From assembly GCA_964106645.2 (NCBI GenBank), contig OZ067046.1: a stretch of DNA of 64,000 nucleotides; one strand, 5' to 3'. The position numbers and the translations under genes are program-made. Below the pieces are notes generated by a model. That model did no database searches and was not told the origin of the DNA. It worked only from the letters and a program-made list of their open reading frames with translations. This stretch comes from Podarcis pityusensis (taxonomy: Eukaryota). Below are positions 1 to 11,036 of this stretch, one piece after another; positions within the stretch are counted from its first letter, which is position 1, and each line of letters opens with the position of its first letter.

Positions 1-35
1 AGACTCTTCTTCCGATTCTGAATTCCTAAAAAGAT

Positions 36-483
36 GCTCGATAACTTTGCAGGTATCAGGAATATGGCAACCCTAAAGCTCAACAATTGTGGCGGTTTCC
101 TTACATCGTATTTTATTTTACTGCTAGGGTTGGTGCAAATAAAGCTTGACCACTTTGCAGGCAACAGGAATATGGCAATCCTAGGCAAAAGGGCTGTTTC
201 TCAAAATAAAATAAAAATTATTTTATTGCTAGGGGTTGGTGCAAGTAAATATTCTTCCACTTTTGAATTTTGGGGTCTTCCTAAAAAGAAAAAAAGCTCG
301 ACAACTTCTTGCAGGAATATGGCAACCCTAGGGCTAGGTTTCTTAAAAAAAAGATAAAGCTCAACAATTGTGGTGGTTTTCTTACACTGCATTTTATTTC
401 ATTGCTAGGGCTGGTGTGCAAAAAAGCTCGACCCCTTTGCAGGCGTCCGGAAAGTGACGTTTTTTGAAAGATGGCGACCCTAG
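36..483. repeat. Degenerate tandem array of short TIR-bounded units (TAGGGTTG...GGCAACCCTA), hAT-MITE-like
   Basis: Unit ends at 66-75, 174-183, 321-330 and 473-482; unit starts at 125, 230 and 406. Shared core aaagctcgac..tttgcagg..ggaatatgg. Confidence 0.7.
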
Positions 484-960
484 GCCAGAAGGGCCACGAA
501 GCGGCAGAGCGTACCTGACGAGGGCCTCCGGGGTCGGGTCTGTGGGCCCCACCGCGCACTTGCCCGGGGGGCTCCATGTGGGGTGGGAAGGGGCCTGTCA
601 GAGGCGCGGCGGCGGCGGCAAACGAAACGGCGACTCCTACTGACCGAGAAACGAGGGAGCCTGAGGGGAGCGCGCAGAAACCGGAAGCACGGTTTCCACC
701 CACCGGAAGGGCACGGAGGGCGCCCGTTCCCATAGACGACGGGACGCCTAGAGGGGAAACCCGGAAGCCGGCGGAACCGGGGTCGGAGGAGGAGGCGGGA
801 GGAGAAGCAGTCTCCGAGGGCCGCCGTAGGGGAAAGCGGTCTCTCTTCCCTCCCGGGGCCGCGAAACCTTTCCTGCCCCCTTCGCCGGTAGGGAGGAGGC
901 TCTGGCCGTGGAAACGGAACCCCGGGGCCTTTCTGAGGGAAGTGGGGGAGAAGACAGGCA
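450..960 (-). promoter_or_regulatory. CpG-island promoter of a minus-strand gene, with ETS/GABPA-type CCGGAAG motifs
   Basis: Very GC- and CpG-rich block. CCGGAAG occurs at 681, 703 and 761. A minus-strand splice donor lies inside the island. Confidence 0.85.
515..690 (-). other. OCIAD1: Probable first exon of the minus-strand gene (OCIAD1 by synteny with FRYL); 5' end approximate
   Basis: Minus-strand donor CAG|GTACGC with exon end at 515, inside the CpG island. FRYL and OCIAD1 are divergent neighbours in mammals (established). No OCIAD1 coding sequence is visible, so the name is inferred. Confidence 0.5.
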
Positions 961-1581
961 GCGATACGTGAATATGTTGTAGATATTTTCCCACATTTAT
1001 TATGCTATTTTGTGATATACAAATGACATGAGAAAACCTGGCATGCTTATTTGTATAACGTTATTCTTTTCTCTTTTTTTCAAAAAAAAATTATTGGTTT
1101 TACAACATTATAAAAAAACAAACATTGGCTTAGGATTTTATTTATGTTAAGGGATGAATTAATATGTTTAATTTCATAATGTGAAGATCTAAGGATGTCA
1201 CTGTTTAAGTTAAATTTTATAAGAACTGTGATTTGGAAAACCGTTAAAAGGATATGCAGTGAAATTCAACCAAAGGGAAGCGAGGAAGTCACCTAACAAT
1301 GTTAATAAGTGTAACTTTCAATAAGCTATGATTTTTGTTTGTTTGTCTTATGTATAACATTATTCTTGTTTATAAAACCCAATTAACAAAACCAAACACT
1401 GTGGCTCCCAAAGACAGGCAGCGGATACGTTAATATGTTGTAGATATTTTCCCACATTTTATTATGCTATTTTTGTGATATACAAATGACATGAGAAAAC
1501 TTGGCATGCTTGTTTGTATAACATTATTCTTGTTTATAAAACTCAATTAAAAACAAAACAAAACACCATGGCTCCCAAAGG
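951..1581. repeat. Direct tandem duplication (~170 bp); first copy interrupted by a ~280-bp insert
   Basis: 951-1068 matches 1411-1531, and 1351-1412 matches 1516-1581. The insert 1069-1350 is bounded by tgtataac(g/a)ttattctt at 1052-1068 and 1351-1367. Confidence 0.8.
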
Positions 1582-3718
1582 GTGCAGCAGCAGGAGAGGA
1601 TCCAAAAACAAACAAAGACATTTGAGTGTAGTGTAGTTTAGTATCGAAATACTTGTTTCTGTGCGGAATATGGATGTTTTGGGAATCATTCCTACTATTT
1701 TTCTATAAGCTGCACGGTTCTGCATTTGCCGGATGCCCCACGATCGTGTTATAAAGTAGCTGTGTTGTCCATTGCTTTCCAGTGTATTTGGAAATCGGTC
1801 CGTCAACGAACTGTGAGAAAGGCTATGAAATGACAGTGGAGGCAATAGATGTACCTGTTTGCATTGTGACACACACAAAAACCCAATAAAAACGAGTAAA
1901 AAAAATCAGGGCGTTGCGAGCAATTTTTTATTCTGAAAGTGTGGCCCAGGGGGGTGGGGGGGAAACCACCGAATATTTCTCATACGTGTTTAGTTTGATC
2001 TTAAGCAAAAGAGAAAAAATTGATTAGAAAGAGTTTTGAAGTTGCAGTCCTACACACGGTTACCTCAGAGAGTGCTCCAGTCAGGTCTGACTTGAGTAAC
2101 ATTTTGACTTCGTAGAGCTGCAGTTTTTAACAACTTGCTGTTTTTGCAGCATTAGGAGTCCCACAGCACTTTTTAAAGGGAAGGGTGCCCTTGCACATGT
2201 GCAGAGTGCCTAGTCTCTCTAAAAAACCCCAACTCAATAATTCCTCTGCACATCTGTGGACAAGCAAAGTGCTTCTGTGTATGAGGGCATAAGTATGATT
2301 TTTACCTCTTACTAAGAAATAAACCACAACATGGGCATGGGCATAGCTGGAGAGAGGGGCAGCTGCCAACCAATCAAATCAATAAAAATACTGAGGTTCT
2401 GCCCCCCCTTATCATGAAGGCTGCCCCCCCAACAGAAATCCTGGCTACATCCAAGACCATGTGAAATAAATTTTTGAATTCATGTATTGTCTACACCTAC
2501 ATACCTGTCGCAGACCTAGACACCTAGACACACAAAAACTTTGTAGAGGTGAGAAAAACTTGCTTCTGGCTTGCGTGCAATTTCCTAACAGCATCCGTTT
2601 CACTTCCTTATACAAAACACTTTTCCCCATACATTAAAAGAACAAAGTATTCCAACCAATAGATGGAAAAAAATGATTGTTCAATTTGAGCCAGGGCACA
2701 TCAGAACACATTTGCAATGCATGGCTCAGTCCTCAAAATGTGAAGTAATAATCTCTGTTCATGTGTAGAGTTCATCATACCAGACTAAAATCCATACTCT
2801 GTAATTGCATGTGGCCCAGAACTACCTGACCTGCCCAGCCAGTAGCTGTTGCAGCTTTTAAGGAGTAAATGTACAGAAATGGTTAACACAGTTTATTGCA
2901 ACACATATGCAAGCTGTTGACTTATGTCTCCTCCCAGTTCCCAAATTAAAAGCAGCAAAATGATTAAACAATATTTATTATAGAAAGAGACTCACTGTTG
3001 TTTCTTTGTTTGCTCACTTGCTCTATTGTAAGGTAACAAATCGAATACTGAACTAAATAACAAAGTAGGACACCCTCACTGTTGCTTCTCTGGCCTTTGG
3101 TGAAACAGATTTGACTATGCTCAAAACCAGTATAGTATTCTGATAGGCTAATGCTGCTACTACATTGGTCTGCTTTGTAAGCAGCTCTGACTCTTCCCAA
3201 ATCTGCTACAGTGTGTGTGTTAGAAAGCCTCATAACAACAGCTGGAGTAGGAGCGTTCCTACCAGGGCTGACTTTCCAGCAGCCCAATCATTCACATGGT
3301 TTTTCTTGCTTAAAGCACATGGGAAGGACTTCATGGCCAGAGCTATACTTTTGTATTAGGATTGGCTGAGTGGTGCAGAGAGCAGGCGAATGACAGAAAT
3401 GCCTCTAAATTCAAGGAAGTATAAAATGTGTATGAGACAAGAAAGGGCTTGAGCCAAGTAGCGTCAGTGGAGCAGCCGTCATCGGCCTTAATGAACTTAA
3501 TGAGATTTACTTTAGCTAGATACGTAGAGGACCGCATTGTTGGACATTTGGTGCTTGTTTTTCTTCTCAGTTCAAAATGAAATATCCAACATGAAGAATT
3601 CAAAGCATGTTTGCTATATTCAGATTACATGATTTGCTAGAGAGACAGGAAAGAGAAGTTATAATTGGACAAAATATATACAAAATAAAAAATAAAAAAA
3701 TTGTCCAGTAGTACCTTA

Positions 3719-4075
3719 AAGGTAAAGGTACCCCTGCCCATACGGGCCAGTCTTGACAGACTCTAGGGTTGTGCGCTCATCTCACTCTATAGGCCGGGAG
3801 CCAGCGCTGTCTGCAGACACTTCTGGGTCATGTGGCCAGCGTGACAAGCTGCATCTGGCGAACCAGCACAGCACACGGAACGCTGTTTACCTTCCCGCTG
3901 GTAAGCGGTCCCTATTTATCTACTTGCACCCGGGGGTGCTTTCGAACTGCTAGGTTGGCAGGCGCTGGGACCGAACGACGGGAGCACACCCCGCCGCAGG
4001 GATTCGAACCGCCGACCATGCGATCGGCAAGTCCTAGGCGCTGAGGTTTTACCCACAGCGCCACCCGCGTCCCGT
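3719..4075 (-). mobile_element. Full-length Sauria SINE
   Basis: On the minus strand: GGGACGCGGGTGGCGCTGTGG head with B-box GGTTCGAATCC and (ACCTTT)n tail. 15-bp TSD tccagtagtacctta at 3704-3718 and 4076-4090. Confidence 0.93.
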
Positions 4076-4162
4076 TCCAGTAGTACCTTAGAGACCAACT
4101 AAGTTTGTTCTTGGTATAAGCTTTTGTGCGCATGCACACTTCTTCAGATACTTCAGCAGATG

Positions 4163-4200
4163 GTATCTGAAGAAGTGTGCATGCACAAGAAAGCTTATAC
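4163..4200 (+). ncRNA. Minimal type I hammerhead ribozyme motif (Penelope pLTR), probably degenerate
   Basis: GTAT-CTGAAGA-A-GTGTGCATGCACAA-GAAA-GCTT-ATAC: stem I GTAT/ATAC, CUGANGA and GAAA cores, palindromic stem II, and short palindromic AGCU stem III. Confidence 0.65.
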
Positions 4201-4944
4201 AGTACTAAGAACAAACCTAGTTGGTCTCTAAGGTGCTACTGGACAATTTTTTATTTTTTTATTTTTTGTATTTATTTCGACTGCATCAGACCAACACAGC
4301 TACCTACCTGAATCTTGTTAGAAGGCATAGCAAAAGGGAAAAGCATTTATTTTTTATGTAATAATGTTTGGGCAGTGGGTTCTCTTACACTATGGTGATT
4401 TTAGCTGAGCTTACTTCAAAATAAACATGTTTCACACAGATAATAAGTGGGGCCTAACATTCACATCTTTTCTAGTACTGTACGTGCAGAGTCATCTGGA
4501 AAATCATAGCATGGTTAGGTGGAGCTCAAGTACCATGAAGCAATTATTATTATTATTATTCTAACTGAAAGCAGCTAGAAACTGCAGCACACTTGCTCGT
4601 TCAACACAAGACACATTAATGAAGTCAGAACAGGGTCGGGCAGAGTTTCAGAGGGCTAGGACTGGCAAATTTGCAATCTAGATGAGGTCAAGTTTATAGG
4701 AAACAACCTGACTACACACCAGTTGTTGACCCCTCTGATTTTTCACTGAGGCTCTGGAACATGACCCCCTTTTGACTACACACTTCCAGCCCTTTTATCA
4801 CGGATTCCTGAAACACTGGTTTTGCCTGTGCAGATGCTTCTTGCCCACTTGGGACTGGAAGCTAGCTCTCCTTAGTCCAATAACCTAACCATCTTGTGGC
4901 TGAGACTTGTGAAGGCCTGACACGAACTTCCACAGGTTTGATAT

Positions 4945-5269
4945 TGTTATGTACTAACCTTGGATCCTAGAACAATAGGCAAGCAGGATCGTAGAATGCA
5001 ACAACTGATTTGCTTGCAGGAGAAGACCAATCAGGCTCCAGGAAGAAGTTAATCAGCCTATTAGGCTGGTAGGATCGTAAATGCAACAACTGATTGGCCT
5101 GCAGGAAAAGACCAATCAGGCTCCAGGAGGGAAGCAGAATCAGCCAATCAGACGGGACTCATTGTGTAACTAATGTACATAAAAGCATGAGGTTTGGGGG
5201 GCAATTCAATCCCTTTTACAAGCTGCAGTAAAGAGCATGAAATCACTACAGGACTCTGAGTACATTTCA
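4945..5269 (+). mobile_element. Solo LTR (Gypsy-like)
   Basis: TGTTATGTAC...GTACATTTCA termini; 5-bp TSD gatat/gatag; internal CCAAT-containing tandem repeat; TATA-like and AGTAAA signals. Confidence 0.8.
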
Positions 5270-5515
5270 GATAGCATGCAGATGAGGTAGGTCAAGGAAA
5301 TGAGACAATCTACTGACTACGGATCACGCCACCTATGTGGATCAGAGTCACATACACCCTAGAATACATTTACTCATTGTATAGATGAAGAATACCATCA
5401 GATTACTTACGCAAGCCAACAGGTACATACATGGCTGTTGCAGCTCGGTCAGGCAAGAAGGTCCAGTGAGGAATTAATTATTGTCAAAAATACACCTACA
5501 AGTTTGGAGATGGCA

Positions 5516-5932
5516 TGTCTGTCAGCCCTCTGTTTCTTGGCTATGTCTAGGTGTGTACCCGATGAGGCAGTTGCTTCAACGGGGAGGCTCCACCCCAAAT
5601 ATCGGCTTCCCCATCCGACCTGCGCACAAGCAGGCAAAGACTACACCTGCATGTAACTGGCTTCTGCTTCTCTCACTTCAATCCTCTCCTGGTCCTGGGA
5701 TACAGTGGAGCAGAAGAGGTGGAGGCAGGAGGAGGTGTGGAAGCCCTTGACTCTACAACTGCCTGACCTCTCTCTCCCACCTCCTGCACCTGTTCTTCAC
5801 TCTCCAATCCTGCAGCTTCTCCTGCCACTGGCTCTCATCTCCCAGCTGTCCCAGGTTTCCCCGGATCGCTGATCCCTTCTTCCAAGCCAAACTCCCTGTG
5901 CTCCCTCTGCAGTATCCAGCTAGTCCCTGACA
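5516..5932 (-). mobile_element. Solo LTR-like element
   Basis: TG...CCCTGACA termini flanked by atggca at 5510-5515 and 5933-5938. Confidence 0.55.
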
Positions 5933-5964
5933 ATGGCAGAGCCCACAAGTGCCATGAACATTAG

Positions 5965-6228
5965 TGTTATGTACTGAAGTTCTCACCCTGGGCCAGCAGG
6001 GGAATACTGTAGATAGTTTTCACTCAGGTCCACATATGCAAATAAGGGATTGAAAGTGACGTTCAGTGATTGGATAGTTACAGGAAGTTGTTACAGTTGC
6101 GTTGTAGTAGAGCTCTATATAAGCAGGCTGGCTGAACCCTTCAGTTCAGTTCTGTTCTGGCCTGTGAATAAACAAGAGCTGTTTGAAGAATCGCTGTGTT
6201 GTCTGATATGTTCACCCACAACTTTACA
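5965..6228 (+). mobile_element. Solo LTR (Gypsy-like)
   Basis: TGTTA...TTACA termini; perfect 5-bp TSD attag at 5960-5964 and 6229-6233; TATATAA box and AATAAA. Confidence 0.9.
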
Positions 6229-9134
6229 ATTAGTGTGGGTGAGGGGAAAGACAGCTTATAGCAGATGAACAAAAAAGTAGACAGCAGATAGCACAGAGAA
6301 ATGCACAAGAACTCAGCATCACTGGCTGAAGCTGGTACCCGCTGTGCTGTTGCTAGGCCACCAGCCAAGGGGAGGCTAGATGGCACAGGACATGGAAACA
6401 GCCCTGAAGATTACCCAGCTCCTTCTACAGTTGCCCTAGCCATTGATGAAAGTGCCTGGAGCAAGAACTGCTGCCAACCTGGCTGCTTTTCCTGCTCACC
6501 TCCACTGCTACCATCCCAATTTGAGCCAAGTGGCCTAGAGGACTGCTCACTGCTCCCATCTTGCATCTTATGGTCCTACCCATCCCACCCCCACCCCCAC
6601 TCTAGTCTGGCAGCCAGCCCATATAGCTCCCCAAATTCCCCAAGACAAAACTAAGATATAGAAACGGCAAAAGGCATGCAGTTACAAAAGCTGAAAGCGA
6701 CATGGCTTTGGTAAAAGTGCGTGATTGCGAAAGTCATGCAGGTCCATTAATCCTGCAGGTTGTAGAACTCTTGATTTGTGGGCAAAAGACTTGAATGCAT
6801 AAGTGGATTTGTCCCTACAAGTGACTGACAACCAGCTTGGGATTCCACCCTTGGCGTGGCATGTTCACGATGAGGACAGCAGCAGTACATTCTGTGCTCA
6901 GCTTAGTCCATTGTCCAAGTCACACTATTGGCAAAACAACAGCCCATTCCACTTTTGAGCGAGCTGTGTTGATTCTGAGTTCCACAATGTACCCCACCCA
7001 TGAAAAAATGTGAAAACGACCCAATATTATGTTGTTATATATCCCTCTTGCCATCCTGAATTTTGGCTGCTGCCTCTGGGTAAATGCAAGGGGGACACTT
7101 AACTGCTCCATAAGATATTTTATTTTAAAATGTTGATCTGGTCACTGTGGGGGCAGCAGCCTCCTGTGGCCTTTGTGGTGAATACAATAGGCATGCTGTT
7201 CTAAGACCAAAACACCACATAGTAGGATTCAGATCACTCACAAGGCAACCAAATTAGTACACTGGTTATGACTGCCAGATTTTCCTGATTTACAAGTGCC
7301 AAGTTTTCCTCCACAGCAATTGAAAAGCTCTCCTTTCAGAATTTTGTGAAGACTTTGAAAGTTTCCTCCAGCATGAATGCCATTTTGTTTGCTAGTAGGA
7401 AAATAATTCTACATTATGGTGCAGAACACAATAAACTTTCCAAACAATAAATTAATGGATTCATTGATATAAAGGCATATCAATCCAGCTGGATTCTTAA
7501 ATATCATTGGAAAGTTTTCTCCTAGCATGGAAACTGGAACATATATGGAAGATATAAAGTCAAAGGAAGCCATATAACTCATGTTATAGCTTATTCTATG
7601 GTGGTAAAGGCAATGTAGAAGCAGTATTTCTCTGCCAATATTGCATTGTCATCAATGCTGTCCAGGAGAACATTTCTTTTACAGGAAGTCCCTGGCCTTC
7701 TCCAGTCTGAGCAACAAAATGATAAAAGGGGCTAGTGTGACTTGTTCATCAACTATTTTGTGGATACTGGAAATTTACATCAATACAGTTGCTCACATCT
7801 GTAGGAACCTGGACTCCATTGCATGTAGTTAACATGCTCAGAGCACCTAGTCCTATATTGTGGGATGGCTTTCATTTGTTGAGGCTTGATGGCATGTATC
7901 AGGTACTTAGAAAAGTGTAGCCAACTACTTATTTGCTCTCCTGGGTATTATTATCAAGAAGGGGAGGAATAAAAAATTATTTAAAAAATAATAATATCAA
8001 GAAGGGGAGGATTGACTGGCTAGGTCCAGCAAATTATAAATGTCCCTTTCAAAGCAAGCAAATCTACTCCTTCTCACAGTAAAACAGTTTTGGATCTAAT
8101 GCAATAAGGAACTAGTTATAATATCCAATGTCAGATTTTACAGAGCACCTATAAATAGTATGAGAAAGAAAACTGCAGGCAGATGTGGTTGATATGAACA
8201 TGACTCAAGAATTTCCAAAATAGTTTTAACATGCTAACTGTGAAACAAGCATCCATTGCTAAGATCCTTCTGTTATGTTTTATTAAGTGGAAGTCTTCTG
8301 CTGCAAGTCTGAAAGCACTAAGTCAAGAGTGGATCTGTTTAAGTAAATGGTGTTACTCTCCATACTGATTCCATTATATGTGATGACTGTAGCACTATAA
8401 GGGTTAAAGCAGCATGGTGAAATTATTTCTTCTATGCAGCTATCAAAAGAACTTTAAGGGCCTGGACTTTGTAGCCCTAGGAACATCTGGATATTTTGGA
8501 ATCAGAAAACTGATTTGTTGGAAAGATCAGTCCCCTGTACATTCCAATAATACTAGATACTATAAATAGTTTTGATAAGAGCATGAAAAGCACCCACATG
8601 GTAGCAAATCATGATGAAAAAGTACAAAACTTGTGAGGTTCCCTTGTGAGAAATTGTATAAGAAAAATATTTCAAAAGCATTTTCTCAAAACCCTGAAGT
8701 TCCTGCAAACCTACAGCTGAAGCCTGGGAAATTCAGTAGTTTATCTCAGTGAAACAATGTGAATAATTTCTGGCAAAGGACAATATCTGCATATTTGACA
8801 TTATCTTGGCAAAACACGCAGAAAAAGAAGCAACCCCCCTGCTTTTATTTAAGGAAAGGAAATGTTTCCATACTTTGAAGTATATGGCAGTCTTTATTTT
8901 AATTATAGCAGGGGCATAGAGATGCTTGGAGAACAACCAATATGTGCTTAGCTCAAGACCAGAGGGGGAACAAAGTGAACAGAAACAATTTAAACATAAT
9001 CACAGGAATGCAAGCTGCACCTTAGCATTCTTGATGACCCCGCCATGCAGTGCCAGCACCCCCTCCTTGTCCAGAAATGGAAGGAACTGGCCAATCTGGA
9101 GCACAGGCATGTTGCTGACAAACTTTCTCAACAT

Positions 9135-9854
9135 TTGTTTATTTAATTGCATTTATATGCCACCTTTCTCCCAAAGAGATGAATGTGGCATACATGGTTC
9201 TCTTCCTCCCCACTGCACCCTCACAAGAAGCCTGTGGGGTAGGTTAGTGTCAGGAATGAGCCAGCTCAAAGTGAGGGTTTGCAGCCAAATGCAGAAAGCA
9301 GCCAAAAGGGAGGCTTTGATGTTAGTCAGGCAGGAGATAGCCAGCAGTTGCAGACTTTGGCTTTTCCTGACCTTGATGAGCCAGATGGTAAGGCAGTAGC
9401 TGAGAGCAGGCTGGAACACAGCCAAAGCTTGATGGAAGCACAATCAGACGCAAACAAACCCCTCTTAGACCTGGAAGAGGTTGGATCTGATCTAATAAGT
9501 CCATAGAGTCGGTGAATGGGGGTGTTGTTAGATCAGAAGCAAAACAAGAAACATCAGAGTCGTAAGTTCAATATCTGTTGGAGATGCCGGAAGAACTCTT
9601 CAGAAGGGTCATCTTGAGTAATGGCGCCGGAGGCTTCGTTAGAGCCGTCCGGAGCTATCTGTTTGTTTCTGCAATAAATCCTCCTTTTTCATTATCTACG
9701 CTTACTGTGTTATCAAGCTGGGAACCTGACAGTTAGGCTCAGAGACAGTGACTGGCTCAAGGTCACCCAGTGAGTTTAATAGCTGAGCAGGGATTTGAAC
9801 CATGGCCTCCCAGGTCCTAGTCCAACACTCTAACCACTACACCACACTGGCTCT
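9135..9854 (-). mobile_element. tRNA-derived CORE/MIR-like squamate SINE interrupted by an LTR
   Basis: Head gagccagtgtggtgtagtggttagag on the minus strand at 9854; core resumes across the LTR; AT-rich tail near 9135. Confidence 0.75.
9248..9731 (+). mobile_element. Solo LTR inserted in a SINE
   Basis: TGTCAGG...CCTGACA inverted termini; perfect 5-bp TSD gttag at 9243-9247 and 9732-9736; AATAAA near the 3' end. Confidence 0.9.
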
Positions 9855-9869
9855 CGAAATACAAATTTT

Positions 9870-9941
9870 AGGTTCTACCTTGATTTGAACTCAGATCGCT
9901 GGATTCAGAGTCCAGAGTGCGAACCACTATACCATAGGACC
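9870..9941 (-). pseudogene. tRNA-Gln(CTG) pseudogene or divergent tRNA
   Basis: 72-nt minus-strand sequence GGTCCTATGGTATAGTGGTTCGCACTCTGGACTCTGAATCCAGCGATCTGAGTTCAAATCAAGGTAGAACCT, with about 9 differences from vertebrate tRNA-Gln-CTG as I recall it. Anticodon arm intact, T-stem broken, no adjacent T-run terminator. Confidence 0.85.
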
Positions 9942-10371
9942 ACACGCACAAGAGATACATCTCACCCTCAGCACCACCCGTTCTCCCAAAATGTGAGCCC
10001 CATTCTTAGAAATGGCCCTGCAATGAATCACCTTGAGTCTCTTGAGCAAGCATGTTTTTTTGTGGGGGTTTTTGCCACCTGCACCTTAGTTAGAACAAGG
10101 ATATTTCCTTTCGAGCATGTAATTCCATCAATAAATATAGCTTTCTTACTTTCCTAACCTCACTTAAACCAACCTCCAGGTATACTCCTCCAACAGGGAT
10201 CCAATGTTCTGTTTAGCTTCTGTGAGCATGTTAACTCCGAACACCAATAGGAGATCCACGTAGATCCTGATTTCTAAAAAATTTAACACCAAATAATGAA
10301 TGTTGGGTACTCTTAAGTTTTGATGCATAAGTTCTCAGAGCAAAACCGGTCATTTGAATTATTACTTACTA

Positions 10372-10602
10372 TAGTGGTACCTCGGGTTACAGACGCTTCA
10401 GGTTACAGACGCTTCAGGTTACAGACTCTGCTAACCCAGAAATAGTACCTCAGGTTAATAACTTTGCTTCAGGATGAGAACAGAAATTGTGCGGTGGCAG
10501 CGCGAGGCCCCATTAGCTAAAGTGGTACCTCAGGTTAAGAACAGTTTCAGGTTAAGAACGGACCTCCAGAACAAATTAAGTTCTTAACCCGAGGTACCAC
10601 TG
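10372..10602 (+). mobile_element. Tc1/mariner (Tigger-like) MITE, family A
   Basis: TIR (C)AGTGGTACCTCGGGTT / AACCCGAGGTACCACTG with TA TSD; near-identical copies at 25896, 36334 and 61785. Confidence 0.9.
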
Positions 10603-11036
10603 TACTTTGTTATTCGATTTGAACACCATACATTCAAATCAGGCTCAACATTATTTACCCTAAGTCCCACTAAAGTCAACTGGGCTTGCTTCTGAAAAGA
10701 CATGTATAATTGCACTACACTGTAATGATTACTCTCTAGTTATTTGGGCTACAAACAAACAATTATTTGAGTATAGTAATGGAGCCACTTTTGAAACCTG
10801 CTCACTGTCGTCTGTGCAAAAGAACAATTCCTATCCAAAAATGAGCTCAGAGAAAACTGGTTCTGCAAGTTTGCTGCACAATCTCTCTGCACCGTATTGA
10901 TGTGTTGAGACACCATGCAGTCATCTCCCACCTGATCCCTGAAGCATTAACAACTTTGAAAAAAAAATTGCAATCAAATTGTACAAACATTTGAGCTAAT
11001 GTTTGCACATCTGATGGCTACTAAAAAATAATAATG

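Larger units (their letters stand above)
3671..4315. mobile_element. Penelope-like element relic: inverted pLTR pair (palindrome), left arm interrupted by a SINE
   Basis: 4076-4151 is the near-perfect reverse complement of 4163-4243. The outer A-rich arm 3671-3718 pairs with ~4228-4277. The sequence resembles reptile Penelope pLTRs. Confidence 0.75.

Noticed and set aside
36-483. Repeat-spacer pattern as a CRISPR-like array
   Set aside because: Eukaryotic context, degenerate repeats, spacers related to each other, and no cas genes.
281-996. Long ORFs (237, 131 and 82 aa) across CpG island 1
   Set aside because: Low-complexity G/P/R/A translations on both strands, explained by stop-codon scarcity in GC-rich DNA; no recognisable protein.
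6301-6654. 117-aa ORF as a processed pseudogene or gene
   Set aside because: No recognisable homology, splice sites, polyA tail or TSD.
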